Source of the DNA: Rickettsiales bacterium
GTDB taxonomy: Bacteria > Pseudomonadota > Alphaproteobacteria > Rickettsiales > SXRF01
Direction of reading: 5' to 3'
NCBI GenBank assembly: GCA_041396965.1
Contig: JAWKXN010000001.1
Location: 1,961,679 to 2,025,678 of the forward strand
Length of the DNA: 64,000 nt
Positions 44,314 through 53,767 of this stretch are shown here, piece after piece; position 1 is the first letter of the stretch, and each line of letters starts with the position of its first letter. The notes under the pieces are model-generated. The model had not been told where the DNA came from and made no database searches. It saw only the letters and a list, made by a program, of their open reading frames with translations. Both the position numbers and the translations under genes were made by a program.

Positions 44314-45991
44314 ACACAGCTTTATCATATAATTTCGGCAAGATAAATTTACCTTTACCTTCCATCCATAATTCCTCTATTTTCTTAGAAAATGGATTAA
44401 AATAGTATGGTGGTTTATCATTTCTGAAATAGTCCAATTCAACCACAAGATAATCTACCCCAAACTTATCACGTAAATTATAAATTGCTTCCATATCAGT
44501 CGCTAAATAGGCATCCGTCAAAGCATACATACGGGAGCGCATTTCCATAATGAAGTCATGATAAAATGGTTCATGAAATTTAAGAGTAATAAAAGCCTTA
44601 CGCTTAGCTAAATATGGTACAAACTCAATAAATCCTCTACGATTAGGCCACCCTGCTATCATAGAATCCTTATCGGTAGTTTTTATATGCTCATAACCAG
44701 CCTTATACTCATCACTAAATGAGTGATAACCATTAGATTCTAAATCCGTACTATTAATCTGCAAAGAAAATACTATCGTAAGAATAACCACGATAAATCT
44801 AGAATCAATATTAGGCAGCACACTGCGTGCCAATCTATTATCTTTTATAACAGCATTAAGCGATACAGGTAATACAAGACAATATATCAAAGGTAGAATA
44901 TAAATTAGTAAACGATAATAATAACTATAGAAAGAAAAGTAGCATATCACTAACAGCATGAGAATTGACCATAGAAACGCCTGCAAACGATCTTTAGAAA
45001 CTGCATTACTCAAATCTTTACAGAACAATCTAAATCCATAAAAGCACACAAACATTGTAATAAAAAATAACGTTAGATTAATAAATACATCTATAGAATC
45101 ATAAACATACATTTTGAAAAGAAATTTTCCTAAAACATAAAATACCGGCATAAAAGAATCATAAAAATGACGACCACCTTTTGCCGATTCAGCTACCTCT
45201 GGATAAATATCCGTCTGAGTAAATGGTTTTATATATTCACCATATCCATCAACCTTACCTAAGGAAGATAAAACAACCCATATGGGAATAGCTGCAACAA
45301 TTAACAGCAATATAAAACGTTTGGATAAAGACCAATTCTTTCCTTCACCTCTACTCTTTTGATTTGTTATCAGCAAATAAAACGCCATAGTTGGACCAGC
45401 TACAACTGCCGTAATAGGATAAAATAGAGCCGACAATACGACTATAACCCCCATCATATAAACTCTGCCATAGACCAACGCGGCTAAAAAACAAGCGGTA
45501 AAAGGATACGCGAACATATGTGGTATCGCTGATGTAATCTGATAAGAAAAAATAGGGTGTATAAGCACTAATACACTCGTTGTCCAAGCCGCGTACCATC
45601 CACCCAATTTCCAAGCTGCTATCCCCATAGCAAGAATAGTTACTGCCAGTAAAACTATCGGAATGACTTTATGAATTATGTAAATGTCAAAATACCCAAC
45701 CAACACCCTATTAAGCCAGTTATACCCAATCATACCACTGAACCTACTTTTATACTCAAGGAAATAGTCATTCCTAAACAATTCAGGATCCAAAAACCTG
45801 TGCTGTATAAACAACTCACATTGCTCAAAATGAATCAAGTACGGATCAAATAAACTGGATATATGCGTCCCAATAATTGGGTAATAAATTATAAATATGG
45901 AGATTATAAGTAATAAAATCTTTTGTGTATGGGTAAGGTTCATGAAAAAATCCTTAACAGCTAACAATAATAATTGTGTAAGTCTATACAA
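44270..45991 (-). CDS. Large polytopic membrane protein of unknown function (candidate GT-C-type transferase or polymerase)
   Basis: 573 aa, many TM segments plus a C-terminal soluble domain. The 3' end overlaps the flippase gene by 44 nt (convergent). Confidence 0.45.
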   Translation of the reverse strand: MYRLTQLLLLAVKDFFMNLTHTQKILLLIISIFIIYYPIIGTHISSLFDPYLIHFEQCELFIQHRFLDPELFRNDYFLEYKSRFSGMIGYNWLNRVLVGYFDIYIIHKVIPIVLLAVTILAMGIAAWKLGGWYAAWTTSVLVLIHPIFSYQITSAIPHMFAYPFTACFLAALVYGRVYMMGVIVVLSALFYPITAVVAGPTMAFYLLITNQKSRGEGKNWSLSKRFILLLIVAAIPIWVVLSSLGKVDGYGEYIKPFTQTDIYPEVAESAKGGRHFYDSFMPVFYVLGKFLFKMYVYDSIDVFINLTLFFITMFVCFYGFRLFCKDLSNAVSKDRLQAFLWSILMLLVICYFSFYSYYYRLLIYILPLIYCLVLPVSLNAVIKDNRLARSVLPNIDSRFIVVILTIVFSLQINSTDLESNGYHSFSDEYKAGYEHIKTTDKDSMIAGWPNRRGFIEFVPYLAKRKAFITLKFHEPFYHDFIMEMRSRMYALTDAYLATDMEAIYNLRDKFGVDYLVVELDYFRNDKPPYYFNPFSKKIEELWMEGKGKFILPKLYDKAVFSHGNFYVLDLHKL

Positions 45992-46111
45992 ATTTTGTTG
46001 AAATTAAACTATGTAATGAAATACAAATAATGACTTAGACTGTAAACAACCTAATTAAGAGAGTACACTAGAGTCTAAAAGATATACTTAATATACAACT
46101 ATTAACTATGC

Positions 46112-47617
46112 ATGACAAAATATAAATATCACCTTATACTGCAAGCACGCTTGTCATCCTCTAGACTTCCAGGAAAATCTCTATTGTCTATACATGGAAT
46201 TTCAGCGATCAATTTAATTATAAAACGATTGGAATCAACTAAATATAACATTATTTTAGCCCTACCACACGGACAGGAAGGAGAAATAATATCCAAACAA
46301 TTAGACAACAATAATATCAGCACATCTTTTGGTAGCTATAACAATGTACTAGCAAGATTCATTGAATCCACCAAATCGCTTGACAATGAAGACATTATTA
46401 TTCGCTGTACAGCAGATAATCTTATCATAGACAATCATTTTATAGAAGAAATGTTGCCAACATACAACGATGGTTATCTATATGCGGAAATAAATAACCA
46501 TATATATGGACTAAGTGCTGAGATGTTTAAGGTAAAACACCTAAGAGAAGCTCACACCAATACAGATAGTGATTTTGATAAAGAACATGTGACACCATAC
46601 ATATACAAAAAATATGGAAAATCGCCATTTCAACATGAATTCACCAAAAAACATAAATTACGACTTACACTAGACAATTATGCCGACTTTACAAACATAA
46701 CAAACCTTTTTTCGCAATTTGATTCGTATAACACGAACTGGCATACTATGCTTGAAAAAGCCTATGAAATATTTGAACCAAATAAACCGATAATAATAGG
46801 TACAGCTCAATTCGGTATGGATTACGGAATAAATAATTGCAGCGGGCAAATCAGCAATGACGATGCCAAAAATATTTTTGAATTAGCAATAAATAGTGGG
46901 ATAGGCTGTATAGACACAGCTCCATCATATGGAAACGCAGAAAAGATAATAAGTGATAATGCTGGATTACTAGCAAATACTAAGATTTGCACAAAAATAT
47001 CACCAGACACAAAAGCGGAAGAGATAGAACTACAAATAGCAATAATCTTAAAAAATATGAAAAGAGATTCTATAGATTATATGCTACTACATAATGCTGA
47101 CCAATATGGTGGTATTATATGGAAGAAATTACAAGAACTAAAGCATAATGGCTTAATAAGCAAGATTGGTCTTTCTATATACTCACCTAAACAAGTCTAT
47201 AAAATAAAAAATGATGTTAATGTAATACAATTTCCAATAAATATTCTTGATAATAGGTGGGACCATTTTTTAGAAAAAAATAAAGACATAGAGTTACACG
47301 CACGAAGTATATTTCTACAAGGCCTTATACTAAATGATAATTTGCTTGAGCAAAAAGGATTAACGCACTTATCTTTTATTCTAGATAGTCTAGTTAAAAA
47401 ACACCGATACAAGAATCGCATAGAACTATGTATTTCCTATATAAAATCTATTCATCAGATAGATAAAATAATTATTGGAATAGACAATATTAATCATTTA
47501 AGAAACAATTTATTATATTTTAATAATAATATCCTCACTGAAGAGGATATACGAATAATAAAAAAGAAATTTATATGTGTCCCAGAAAACATTCTTGATA
47601 TAAGAAAGTGGTCATGA
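46112..47617 (+). CDS. Fusion protein: SpsF/FlmC-type cytidylyltransferase-like N-domain plus aldo/keto reductase C-domain
   Basis: The N-terminus (LILQARLSSSRLPGKSLL) is SpsF (COG1861)-like. The C-domain carries AKR residues (IDTAPSYGNAE, ICTKI, MLLHN). Confidence 0.7.
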   Translation: MTKYKYHLILQARLSSSRLPGKSLLSIHGISAINLIIKRLESTKYNIILALPHGQEGEIISKQLDNNNISTSFGSYNNVLARFIESTKSLDNEDIIIRCTADNLIIDNHFIEEMLPTYNDGYLYAEINNHIYGLSAEMFKVKHLREAHTNTDSDFDKEHVTPYIYKKYGKSPFQHEFTKKHKLRLTLDNYADFTNITNLFSQFDSYNTNWHTMLEKAYEIFEPNKPIIIGTAQFGMDYGINNCSGQISNDDAKNIFELAINSGIGCIDTAPSYGNAEKIISDNAGLLANTKICTKISPDTKAEEIELQIAIILKNMKRDSIDYMLLHNADQYGGIIWKKLQELKHNGLISKIGLSIYSPKQVYKIKNDVNVIQFPINILDNRWDHFLEKNKDIELHARSIFLQGLILNDNLLEQKGLTHLSFILDSLVKKHRYKNRIELCISYIKSIHQIDKIIIGIDNINHLRNNLLYFNNNILTEEDIRIIKKKFICVPENILDIRKWS

Positions 47618-48357
47618 GTAGTTTTAGCATAAAAGATAAGATAGTTCTTCTATCAGGAGCAAGCGGTCATATAGGATCCGCCACTAGGGATTATCTGAGG
47701 GATAACAATGCGATAGTCATAGCTGTCAGCAGGAATATAGAACACGGTGATGACAACTATAATCTAGACATAACCAACGATAGCGAGCGTAGAGATTTTA
47801 TAAACTTGATAAGCAAAAAATATGGTCAAATATCATCTCTTATAAACAACGCTTATTCTGGCAACTCTGGAAAAATAGAGTATATTACAAGAAAAGACTT
47901 TGAGGATAGCCTGAACATAGGTTTAATATCGCCAATATTATTTATAAAAGAGTTATTACCACACTTTTCTAAAAATGGAGCTTCTATAGTAAATATAGCA
48001 TCAATGTACGGTATGGTTAGCCCAGATGGAAGCGTGTATGACGAAGATGGCAAAAATAATAATCCTATTTACTATGGAGCAGGAAAAGCTGGGTTAATTC
48101 AAGCTACTAAATATCTAGCATGCCATCTGGCTAGTAGCAATATTAGAGTAAATGCCATATCACCAGGTGCTTTCCCACGAACAATAGATGATAACTCGCA
48201 AAATATCTTCTTAAATAAACTGACAGAAAAAACTCCAATGAAAAAACTTGGGATTCCTGAAAACCTATTCGGAATAATACATCTACTAATATCTAGTCAC
48301 TCATCTTATATTACGGGCACTAACATACCGGTAGATGGAGGATGGACGGCATGGTGA
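47608..48357 (+). CDS. SDR family oxidoreductase
   Basis: GASGHIGS cofactor motif and YGAGK catalytic YxxxK. Confidence 0.8.
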   Translation: MVMSSFSIKDKIVLLSGASGHIGSATRDYLRDNNAIVIAVSRNIEHGDDNYNLDITNDSERRDFINLISKKYGQISSLINNAYSGNSGKIEYITRKDFEDSLNIGLISPILFIKELLPHFSKNGASIVNIASMYGMVSPDGSVYDEDGKNNNPIYYGAGKAGLIQATKYLACHLASSNIRVNAISPGAFPRTIDDNSQNIFLNKLTEKTPMKKLGIPENLFGIIHLLISSHSSYITGTNIPVDGGWTAW

Positions 48358-48363
48358 GTGAAT

Positions 48364-48406
48364 CTCCGCCAGCTTACGCAAGCGGTCTTAGGACGCGGAT
48401 AAATTA
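48364..48406 (+). repeat. 43-nt repeat element, copy A
   Basis: CTCCGCCAGCTTACGCAAGCGGTCTTAGGACGCGGATAAATTA. 38/43 identical to 57845-57887 in the same orientation. Fills a convergent spacer. Confidence 0.8.
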
Positions 48407-49573
48407 TTGTAGAATATAATCTAACTTACCCGCCACATATTCCTGTTCCTCTTCATTCATGGATGGGAATATAGGGATAGTAAGAGCGGTTGCGTAAAAT
48501 TTCTCGGCACTTGGAAAATCTCCTGTCTTAAAGCCAAGATTTCTATAATATGGCTGCAAATGAATAGGTATATAATGAACATTAGCTCCAATTCCAGCAC
48601 TACGCAGACCATTAAAAACTTTAAGTCGTAGCTCAGGGCTGGTAAGCCTTATTACATATATATGCCAACCAGAAACAGTACTCTCAGGAGGTAGCTCAAT
48701 AGGTAAATCTTTAAGAATCTCATTATATTTCTGAGCTATAGACCTACGTTTTACTATAAAATCATCCAAACGCTTTAGCTGACTTATACCAAGCGCCGCC
48801 TGAATATCAGTCATCCGGTAATGATAACCTAGAAAACCTTGTTCATAATACCATACGCCGTCTAAATCCGTGATATTCACTAAATCATCCGGATTACGGC
48901 TTATGCCATGAGTTCTAAAAACTGACGAAAATTTTATTATATCCGAATTATTACTAACGATAACACCACCCTCACCAGTAGTAATCGGCTTTACCGGATG
49001 AAAACTAAATATAGCGGCATCACTATAAACACCAGAACCTATTTTTCTACCACAATCATAAGAAGCTCCAAACGCGTGTGCTCCATCCTCAAGAATTCGT
49101 ACACCATAATTCCCGCATAAATCAGAAATTGACCTCATATCACATGGACGACCAGCAAAATGTACTGGTATCAATAAATCAGGAAGACTATTATCCTCCC
49201 GCGCCTTCGCTAATTTTTCTTCCAGAGCGCTAACACTCATATTTCCAGTCGTAATATCTATATCCACAAAATCAACCTGTGCGCCAAGATACAATGCAGC
49301 GTTGGCAGAAGCCACAAAACTATTGGGCGATGTCCACACTCTGCTACCTTCCTTGATACCAAGCGCCGCGCATGCTGTATGTAAAGCAGCCGTGCCACTA
49401 GCAAGAGCCACCGAACCAGAAGCACCACAATATCTGGAAATACTATCTTCAAACTTGCCGATATTATCACCCTGCGTAATCATCGGACTACGCAACACAT
49501 CAACTACCGCCTGAATATCATCCTCACTGATATCCTGCCTGCCATATGGCAGAAAATCCCTACTTTTACTCAT
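48404..49573 (-). CDS. pseC: UDP-4-amino-4,6-dideoxy-N-acetyl-beta-L-altrosamine transaminase (DegT/DnrJ/EryC1 family)
   Basis: YGRQ..., ITQG and FE signatures at the N-terminus. PLP aminotransferase fold. Adjacent to pseB. Confidence 0.85.
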   Translation of the reverse strand: MSKSRDFLPYGRQDISEDDIQAVVDVLRSPMITQGDNIGKFEDSISRYCGASGSVALASGTAALHTACAALGIKEGSRVWTSPNSFVASANAALYLGAQVDFVDIDITTGNMSVSALEEKLAKAREDNSLPDLLIPVHFAGRPCDMRSISDLCGNYGVRILEDGAHAFGASYDCGRKIGSGVYSDAAIFSFHPVKPITTGEGGVIVSNNSDIIKFSSVFRTHGISRNPDDLVNITDLDGVWYYEQGFLGYHYRMTDIQAALGISQLKRLDDFIVKRRSIAQKYNEILKDLPIELPPESTVSGWHIYVIRLTSPELRLKVFNGLRSAGIGANVHYIPIHLQPYYRNLGFKTGDFPSAEKFYATALTIPIFPSMNEEEQEYVAGKLDYILQ

Positions 49574-49576
49574 AAA

Positions 49577-50584
49577 CTATCCATCAAAAGGCATAGCGTC
49601 ATTAATCATAGTGGCAAGCTCTCTATCGTTTAGATAATGTTCATTGATTAAAGAATTATACTCAAAACCTTCTCTGACATACTTACCTTCCTCACCAAGA
49701 GAGTTATAGCTGTAATCAATCTTCTTCATTAATTCTGAGGAAGGCTTAATTAGGAAATAAGATTCAAATTCCAAAGTCTGATAGCTTAAATCCGCTGGGC
49801 ACATTACCTCATGCAGCTTTTCTCCTGCTCTCATACCGACTATATCATGTTCCAAATTCGGTGCTACCGCTTTTGCTATTGTCTCAATAGTAGCGGAAGG
49901 AATTTTTGGAACAAAAATCTCTCCTCCTTTCATTTTCTCTAAACATGAGAGTACAAAATCAACTCCATGCTGCAATGTTATAAGAAAACGGGTCATTCTG
50001 CCATCAGTAATTGGAATACTTCCTCCTCCCTTTGCCACTATATTTTGGAAAAATGGTATAACCGAACCACGAGAACCTATTACGTTGCCATAACGAACAA
50101 CAGAAAATCTTGTTTTACGAATACCGTGTATATTATTGCTGGCAACCGCGAGTTTATCGGCAGCAAGCTTGGTCGCGCCATACAAATTAATCGGAGAAGC
50201 GGCTTTATCGGTAGAAAGACATATAACCTTCTCAACATTATTGTTCAAAGCCGCCCTAAGTACATTTTCTGTACCCAATATGTTGGTCTTTACCGCCTCC
50301 ATCGGATTATATTCCAAAGCCGGAACCTGTTTAAGAGCAGCGGCGTGTATTACTACATCAACCCTCTCCAACGCCATGTTTATCCTGTCATAATCACGAA
50401 TATCACCAAGAAAATAACGCATGCAAGAACTATTATAATTGTCCCGCATCTCAAATTGCTTAAGCTCATCACGGGAGAACACTATCAGTCTCTCCGGCTC
50501 ATAACGCTCCAAAACAGTTTTTATAAAACGTTTTCCAAAGGATCCTGTACCACCGGTAACTAAAATTGACTTATTATCCAACAT
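49577..50584 (-). CDS. pseB: UDP-N-acetylglucosamine 4,6-dehydratase (inverting)
   Basis: ILVTGGTGSFGK Rossmann motif and FlaA1/PseB-like length and sequence. Confidence 0.88.
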   Translation of the reverse strand: MLDNKSILVTGGTGSFGKRFIKTVLERYEPERLIVFSRDELKQFEMRDNYNSSCMRYFLGDIRDYDRINMALERVDVVIHAAALKQVPALEYNPMEAVKTNILGTENVLRAALNNNVEKVICLSTDKAASPINLYGATKLAADKLAVASNNIHGIRKTRFSVVRYGNVIGSRGSVIPFFQNIVAKGGGSIPITDGRMTRFLITLQHGVDFVLSCLEKMKGGEIFVPKIPSATIETIAKAVAPNLEHDIVGMRAGEKLHEVMCPADLSYQTLEFESYFLIKPSSELMKKIDYSYNSLGEEGKYVREGFEYNSLINEHYLNDRELATMINDAMPFDG

Positions 50585-50682
50585 ATTATCCCACTTAATG
50601 ATTTATTATGATAAAATACTGTATTATAGTCATTTATCTTTTACAATGTTAAAGAAATAGTAAATAATACTAAATACATATA

Positions 50683-51756
50683 ATGAATATCATATTTCGT
50701 GCTGATTCCTCATATAAAATAAGCGCTGGGCATGTTATGCGCTGCCTTAACTTAGCCGATTATCTACTAATAAAAGATGTTAATGTATCATTCATCTGTC
50801 GTAAGCTTGCAGGAAATATAACAGATAATATCAAAAAAAAAGGGTATAAAATATACGAGTTGCCAGCGGATAATTCTTATGAGCTTAAAAACATAAAGCC
50901 AAAAATCCAGCATGAGCACTGGTTAGAGACCACATGGGAAAATGACGCTTCTCAAACTATAGAAGCCGTGAAAGGATTACATACTGATTGGTTAATAGTT
51001 GATAGCTACGCTATTGATGAAAGATGGGAAAGCGCGGTAAAAACCGCTCTTGATTGCAAGATAATGGTGATTGATGACCTAACCGATAGGAAACATAACT
51101 CGGATATATTGCTGAACCAAAATATCCTTACCTCTCCTGACGCATATAGCGAACTTATCCCTAAAGAATGCAAAGTATTTTTGGGATATGAGTATGCCAT
51201 GCTAAAAAAAGAGTATTTTGAAAAAAAATACCGAACTCATAAAAATGCCTCCCCAGAAAATTTGTTTATATTTTTTGGCTCAGCTGATAATACTAACGAA
51301 ACTGTAAAAACCTTAAACGCTCTTAAACTAGTAAACCATAAATTCAAAAAAATAATGGTGGTGTGTGGCTCCATAAATAAAAATCTGCCCGAAATAAAAA
51401 ATATCTGCGAACAAAACAACTATGAATTACATATAGATACCACGCGAATGGCAGAACTTATCTCAAAATCAGATATAGCTATCGGTGCCGGTGGCGTAAA
51501 TACATGGGAAAGATGCTACTTACACGTTCCGTCAATGGTTATTTCTATCGCCGATAACCAAACACAAGCCTCTATCAACGCGCATGAAAAAGGTTATATT
51601 TACTATATCGGAGAGTCGGAAAATATAACCACTGAACAACTGGCGAAACATATTGATGGTTTTGTGAGAGATAAACTGCTAATTAATAATGTAAAAGAAA
51701 AATTGGTTTATTCGTTTACCAACAATAAAATAAAAGAAATATACGATACATTATGA
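50683..51756 (+). CDS. pseG: UDP-2,4-diacetamido-2,4,6-trideoxy-beta-L-altropyranose hydrolase
   Basis: The IIFRADSSYKISAGHVMRCLNLA N-terminus is typical of PseG. Confidence 0.8.
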   Translation: MNIIFRADSSYKISAGHVMRCLNLADYLLIKDVNVSFICRKLAGNITDNIKKKGYKIYELPADNSYELKNIKPKIQHEHWLETTWENDASQTIEAVKGLHTDWLIVDSYAIDERWESAVKTALDCKIMVIDDLTDRKHNSDILLNQNILTSPDAYSELIPKECKVFLGYEYAMLKKEYFEKKYRTHKNASPENLFIFFGSADNTNETVKTLNALKLVNHKFKKIMVVCGSINKNLPEIKNICEQNNYELHIDTTRMAELISKSDIAIGAGGVNTWERCYLHVPSMVISIADNQTQASINAHEKGYIYYIGESENITTEQLAKHIDGFVRDKLLINNVKEKLVYSFTNNKIKEIYDTL

Positions 51757-52382
51757 AAGTACAATTACTGGTAGATAATCCAAATTCATGGATGCTTCCA
51801 TACGCTCAAAACATAAATGACGAGTTGAATAAAAGTAATATAAACTGCTCTCTTATTCTATCAAACGATAAAGTAGAGCAAGGCGATATATTAATATTAC
51901 TTTCCTGTGAAAAAATATTTCGTGATTATTCAAAAAATAAACATAATCTTGTAATACATGAAAGCAATCTACCGCAAGGAAAAGGCTGGTCTCCTATGAC
52001 ATGGCAAATACTTGAAGGAAAAAATAACGTAACTATAACCATATTTGAAGCAGATGATAAAATTGATTCTGGAGAAATATATTTCCAAGAAAATGTGGTT
52101 CTTACCGGCTTAGAACTAATAGATGAAATCAGAGAAAAACAGGCAAAGGTGACTTATTCGCTAATAAAAAAATTTATATCTGCCTATCCTGATATAAAAA
52201 GCGAACATCAAGAAGGTGAGGAAAGCTATTACAAAAAAAGAACTCCTGAAGATAGTAGACTAGATATAGACAAAACAATTGACCAGCAATTCAACCTACT
52301 AAGAATAGTAGATAACGATAGATACCCAGCATACTTCGTAAAAAATGGAACAAAGTATAAAATAAAAATTTTCAAAGCATGA
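51753..52382 (+). CDS. Short formyltransferase-like protein (Fmt/PurN fold), copy 1
   Basis: NLVIHESNLPQGKGWSP (HxSLLPxxRG-like) and DSGEI Asp motif. 4-nt overlaps with both neighbouring genes. Confidence 0.7.
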   Translation: MKVQLLVDNPNSWMLPYAQNINDELNKSNINCSLILSNDKVEQGDILILLSCEKIFRDYSKNKHNLVIHESNLPQGKGWSPMTWQILEGKNNVTITIFEADDKIDSGEIYFQENVVLTGLELIDEIREKQAKVTYSLIKKFISAYPDIKSEHQEGEESYYKKRTPEDSRLDIDKTIDQQFNLLRIVDNDRYPAYFVKNGTKYKIKIFKA

Positions 52383-53062
52383 CATCCATGAAACAATATA
52401 TATTACTTACTTCAAGGAGATGGCATGAAAAAACCGTACGTAATCTTGGTAAGAATTTCTTCTTAATCAATAGGAAAGAAGATTTTACCTATGAGAATGT
52501 AAAAAAAATAAATCCTGATTATATATTCATCCCACACTGGTCACACACCATACAAGAGAACATACATAAAAATTTCAACTGTATAATTTTCCACATGACC
52601 GACCTGCCATATGGTAGAGGTGGAAGCCCTCTACAGAATCTTATAATAAGGGAGCATAAAACAACTAAAATATCCGCCATAAAATGCGAGAAAGAAGTTG
52701 ATTCCGGAGATGTATACTTAAAACATGACCTTGATTTATCGGGAACAGCGCAAGAGATATTTGCAAGAAGCGCAGACATAATTGAAAAGATGATAAAACA
52801 AATAATAGACGAAGCACCATTGCCAACTCCACAAAAAGGAGAGATAGTGAAATTTACCAGAAGAAAACCTAAGGAAAGCGATATATCAAATTTAAGTTCT
52901 TTAGATAAAATATATGACTATATAAGAATGCTTGATGCTGATGGCTATCCGAAAGCGTTTATAGAGCTTGAAAACGGTATCAAATTAGAATTTAATAATC
53001 CTGAATATAAAGATGGAAAACTAACTGCCACCGTAAGCTTCAATAAACAACAAAATCCATGA
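52379..53062 (+). CDS. Short formyltransferase-like protein (Fmt/PurN fold), copy 2
   Basis: NCIIFHMTDLPYGRGGSP and DSGDV motifs. Confidence 0.7.
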   Translation: MTSMKQYILLTSRRWHEKTVRNLGKNFFLINRKEDFTYENVKKINPDYIFIPHWSHTIQENIHKNFNCIIFHMTDLPYGRGGSPLQNLIIREHKTTKISAIKCEKEVDSGDVYLKHDLDLSGTAQEIFARSADIIEKMIKQIIDEAPLPTPQKGEIVKFTRRKPKESDISNLSSLDKIYDYIRMLDADGYPKAFIELENGIKLEFNNPEYKDGKLTATVSFNKQQNP

Positions 53063-53757
53063 AAGACTTATTAACCATGAAAAATATACTAGTAATAGCC
53101 GCTCACCCAGATGATGAGATACTTGGCTGTGGTGCGACTATGGCTAAATTAGCAGCTGGTGGAGCAAACATTAACATAGCTATTATGGCAGAAGGAATTA
53201 CCGCAAGAGATATAGAACGTAACCAGCAAAATAGACAAAATGAAATAGAAAATCTAGCAAATATTGCTAATGAGTCGGCAAAAATAGTAGGGGCAAATAG
53301 CATAGATCTATTTTCTTTTCCTGATAACCGCATGGATTCTGTAGACCTACTTGATATAGTAAAAAAAATAGAGGAATTAATAGAAAAATACAAGCCAGAC
53401 ACCATATTCACTCATAACGCTACTGATGTAAACATTGATCATCAAATAATAAATCAGGCTGTTATAACCGCCACTAGACCAACCCCTGACCAATGTGTAA
53501 AAACTATTCTTTCCTTTGAAGTTGCTTCCAGCACCGAGTGGAAAACACCATACCAATTCCCAGCTAATTGGTTTATAGACGTAAGCGAGTTTATAATAAA
53601 AAAACTTGATGCACTTAAGCTATACGAATCAGAAATGCGACCTTTTCCACATCCACGCTCTTTAGAAGCTATAGAAGCGTTAGCAAAATGGCGGGGAGCG
53701 ACAATAGGAGTGAATTACGCGGAAGCGTTTATTTTAGAACGACATCTACATAAATAA
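53059..53757 (+). CDS. PIG-L/LmbE family deacetylase
   Basis: AHPDDEILGCG zinc-binding motif. Confidence 0.8.
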   Translation: MKDLLTMKNILVIAAHPDDEILGCGATMAKLAAGGANINIAIMAEGITARDIERNQQNRQNEIENLANIANESAKIVGANSIDLFSFPDNRMDSVDLLDIVKKIEELIEKYKPDTIFTHNATDVNIDHQIINQAVITATRPTPDQCVKTILSFEVASSTEWKTPYQFPANWFIDVSEFIIKKLDALKLYESEMRPFPHPRSLEAIEALAKWRGATIGVNYAEAFILERHLHK

Positions 53758-53767
53758 ACAGGCTCAC

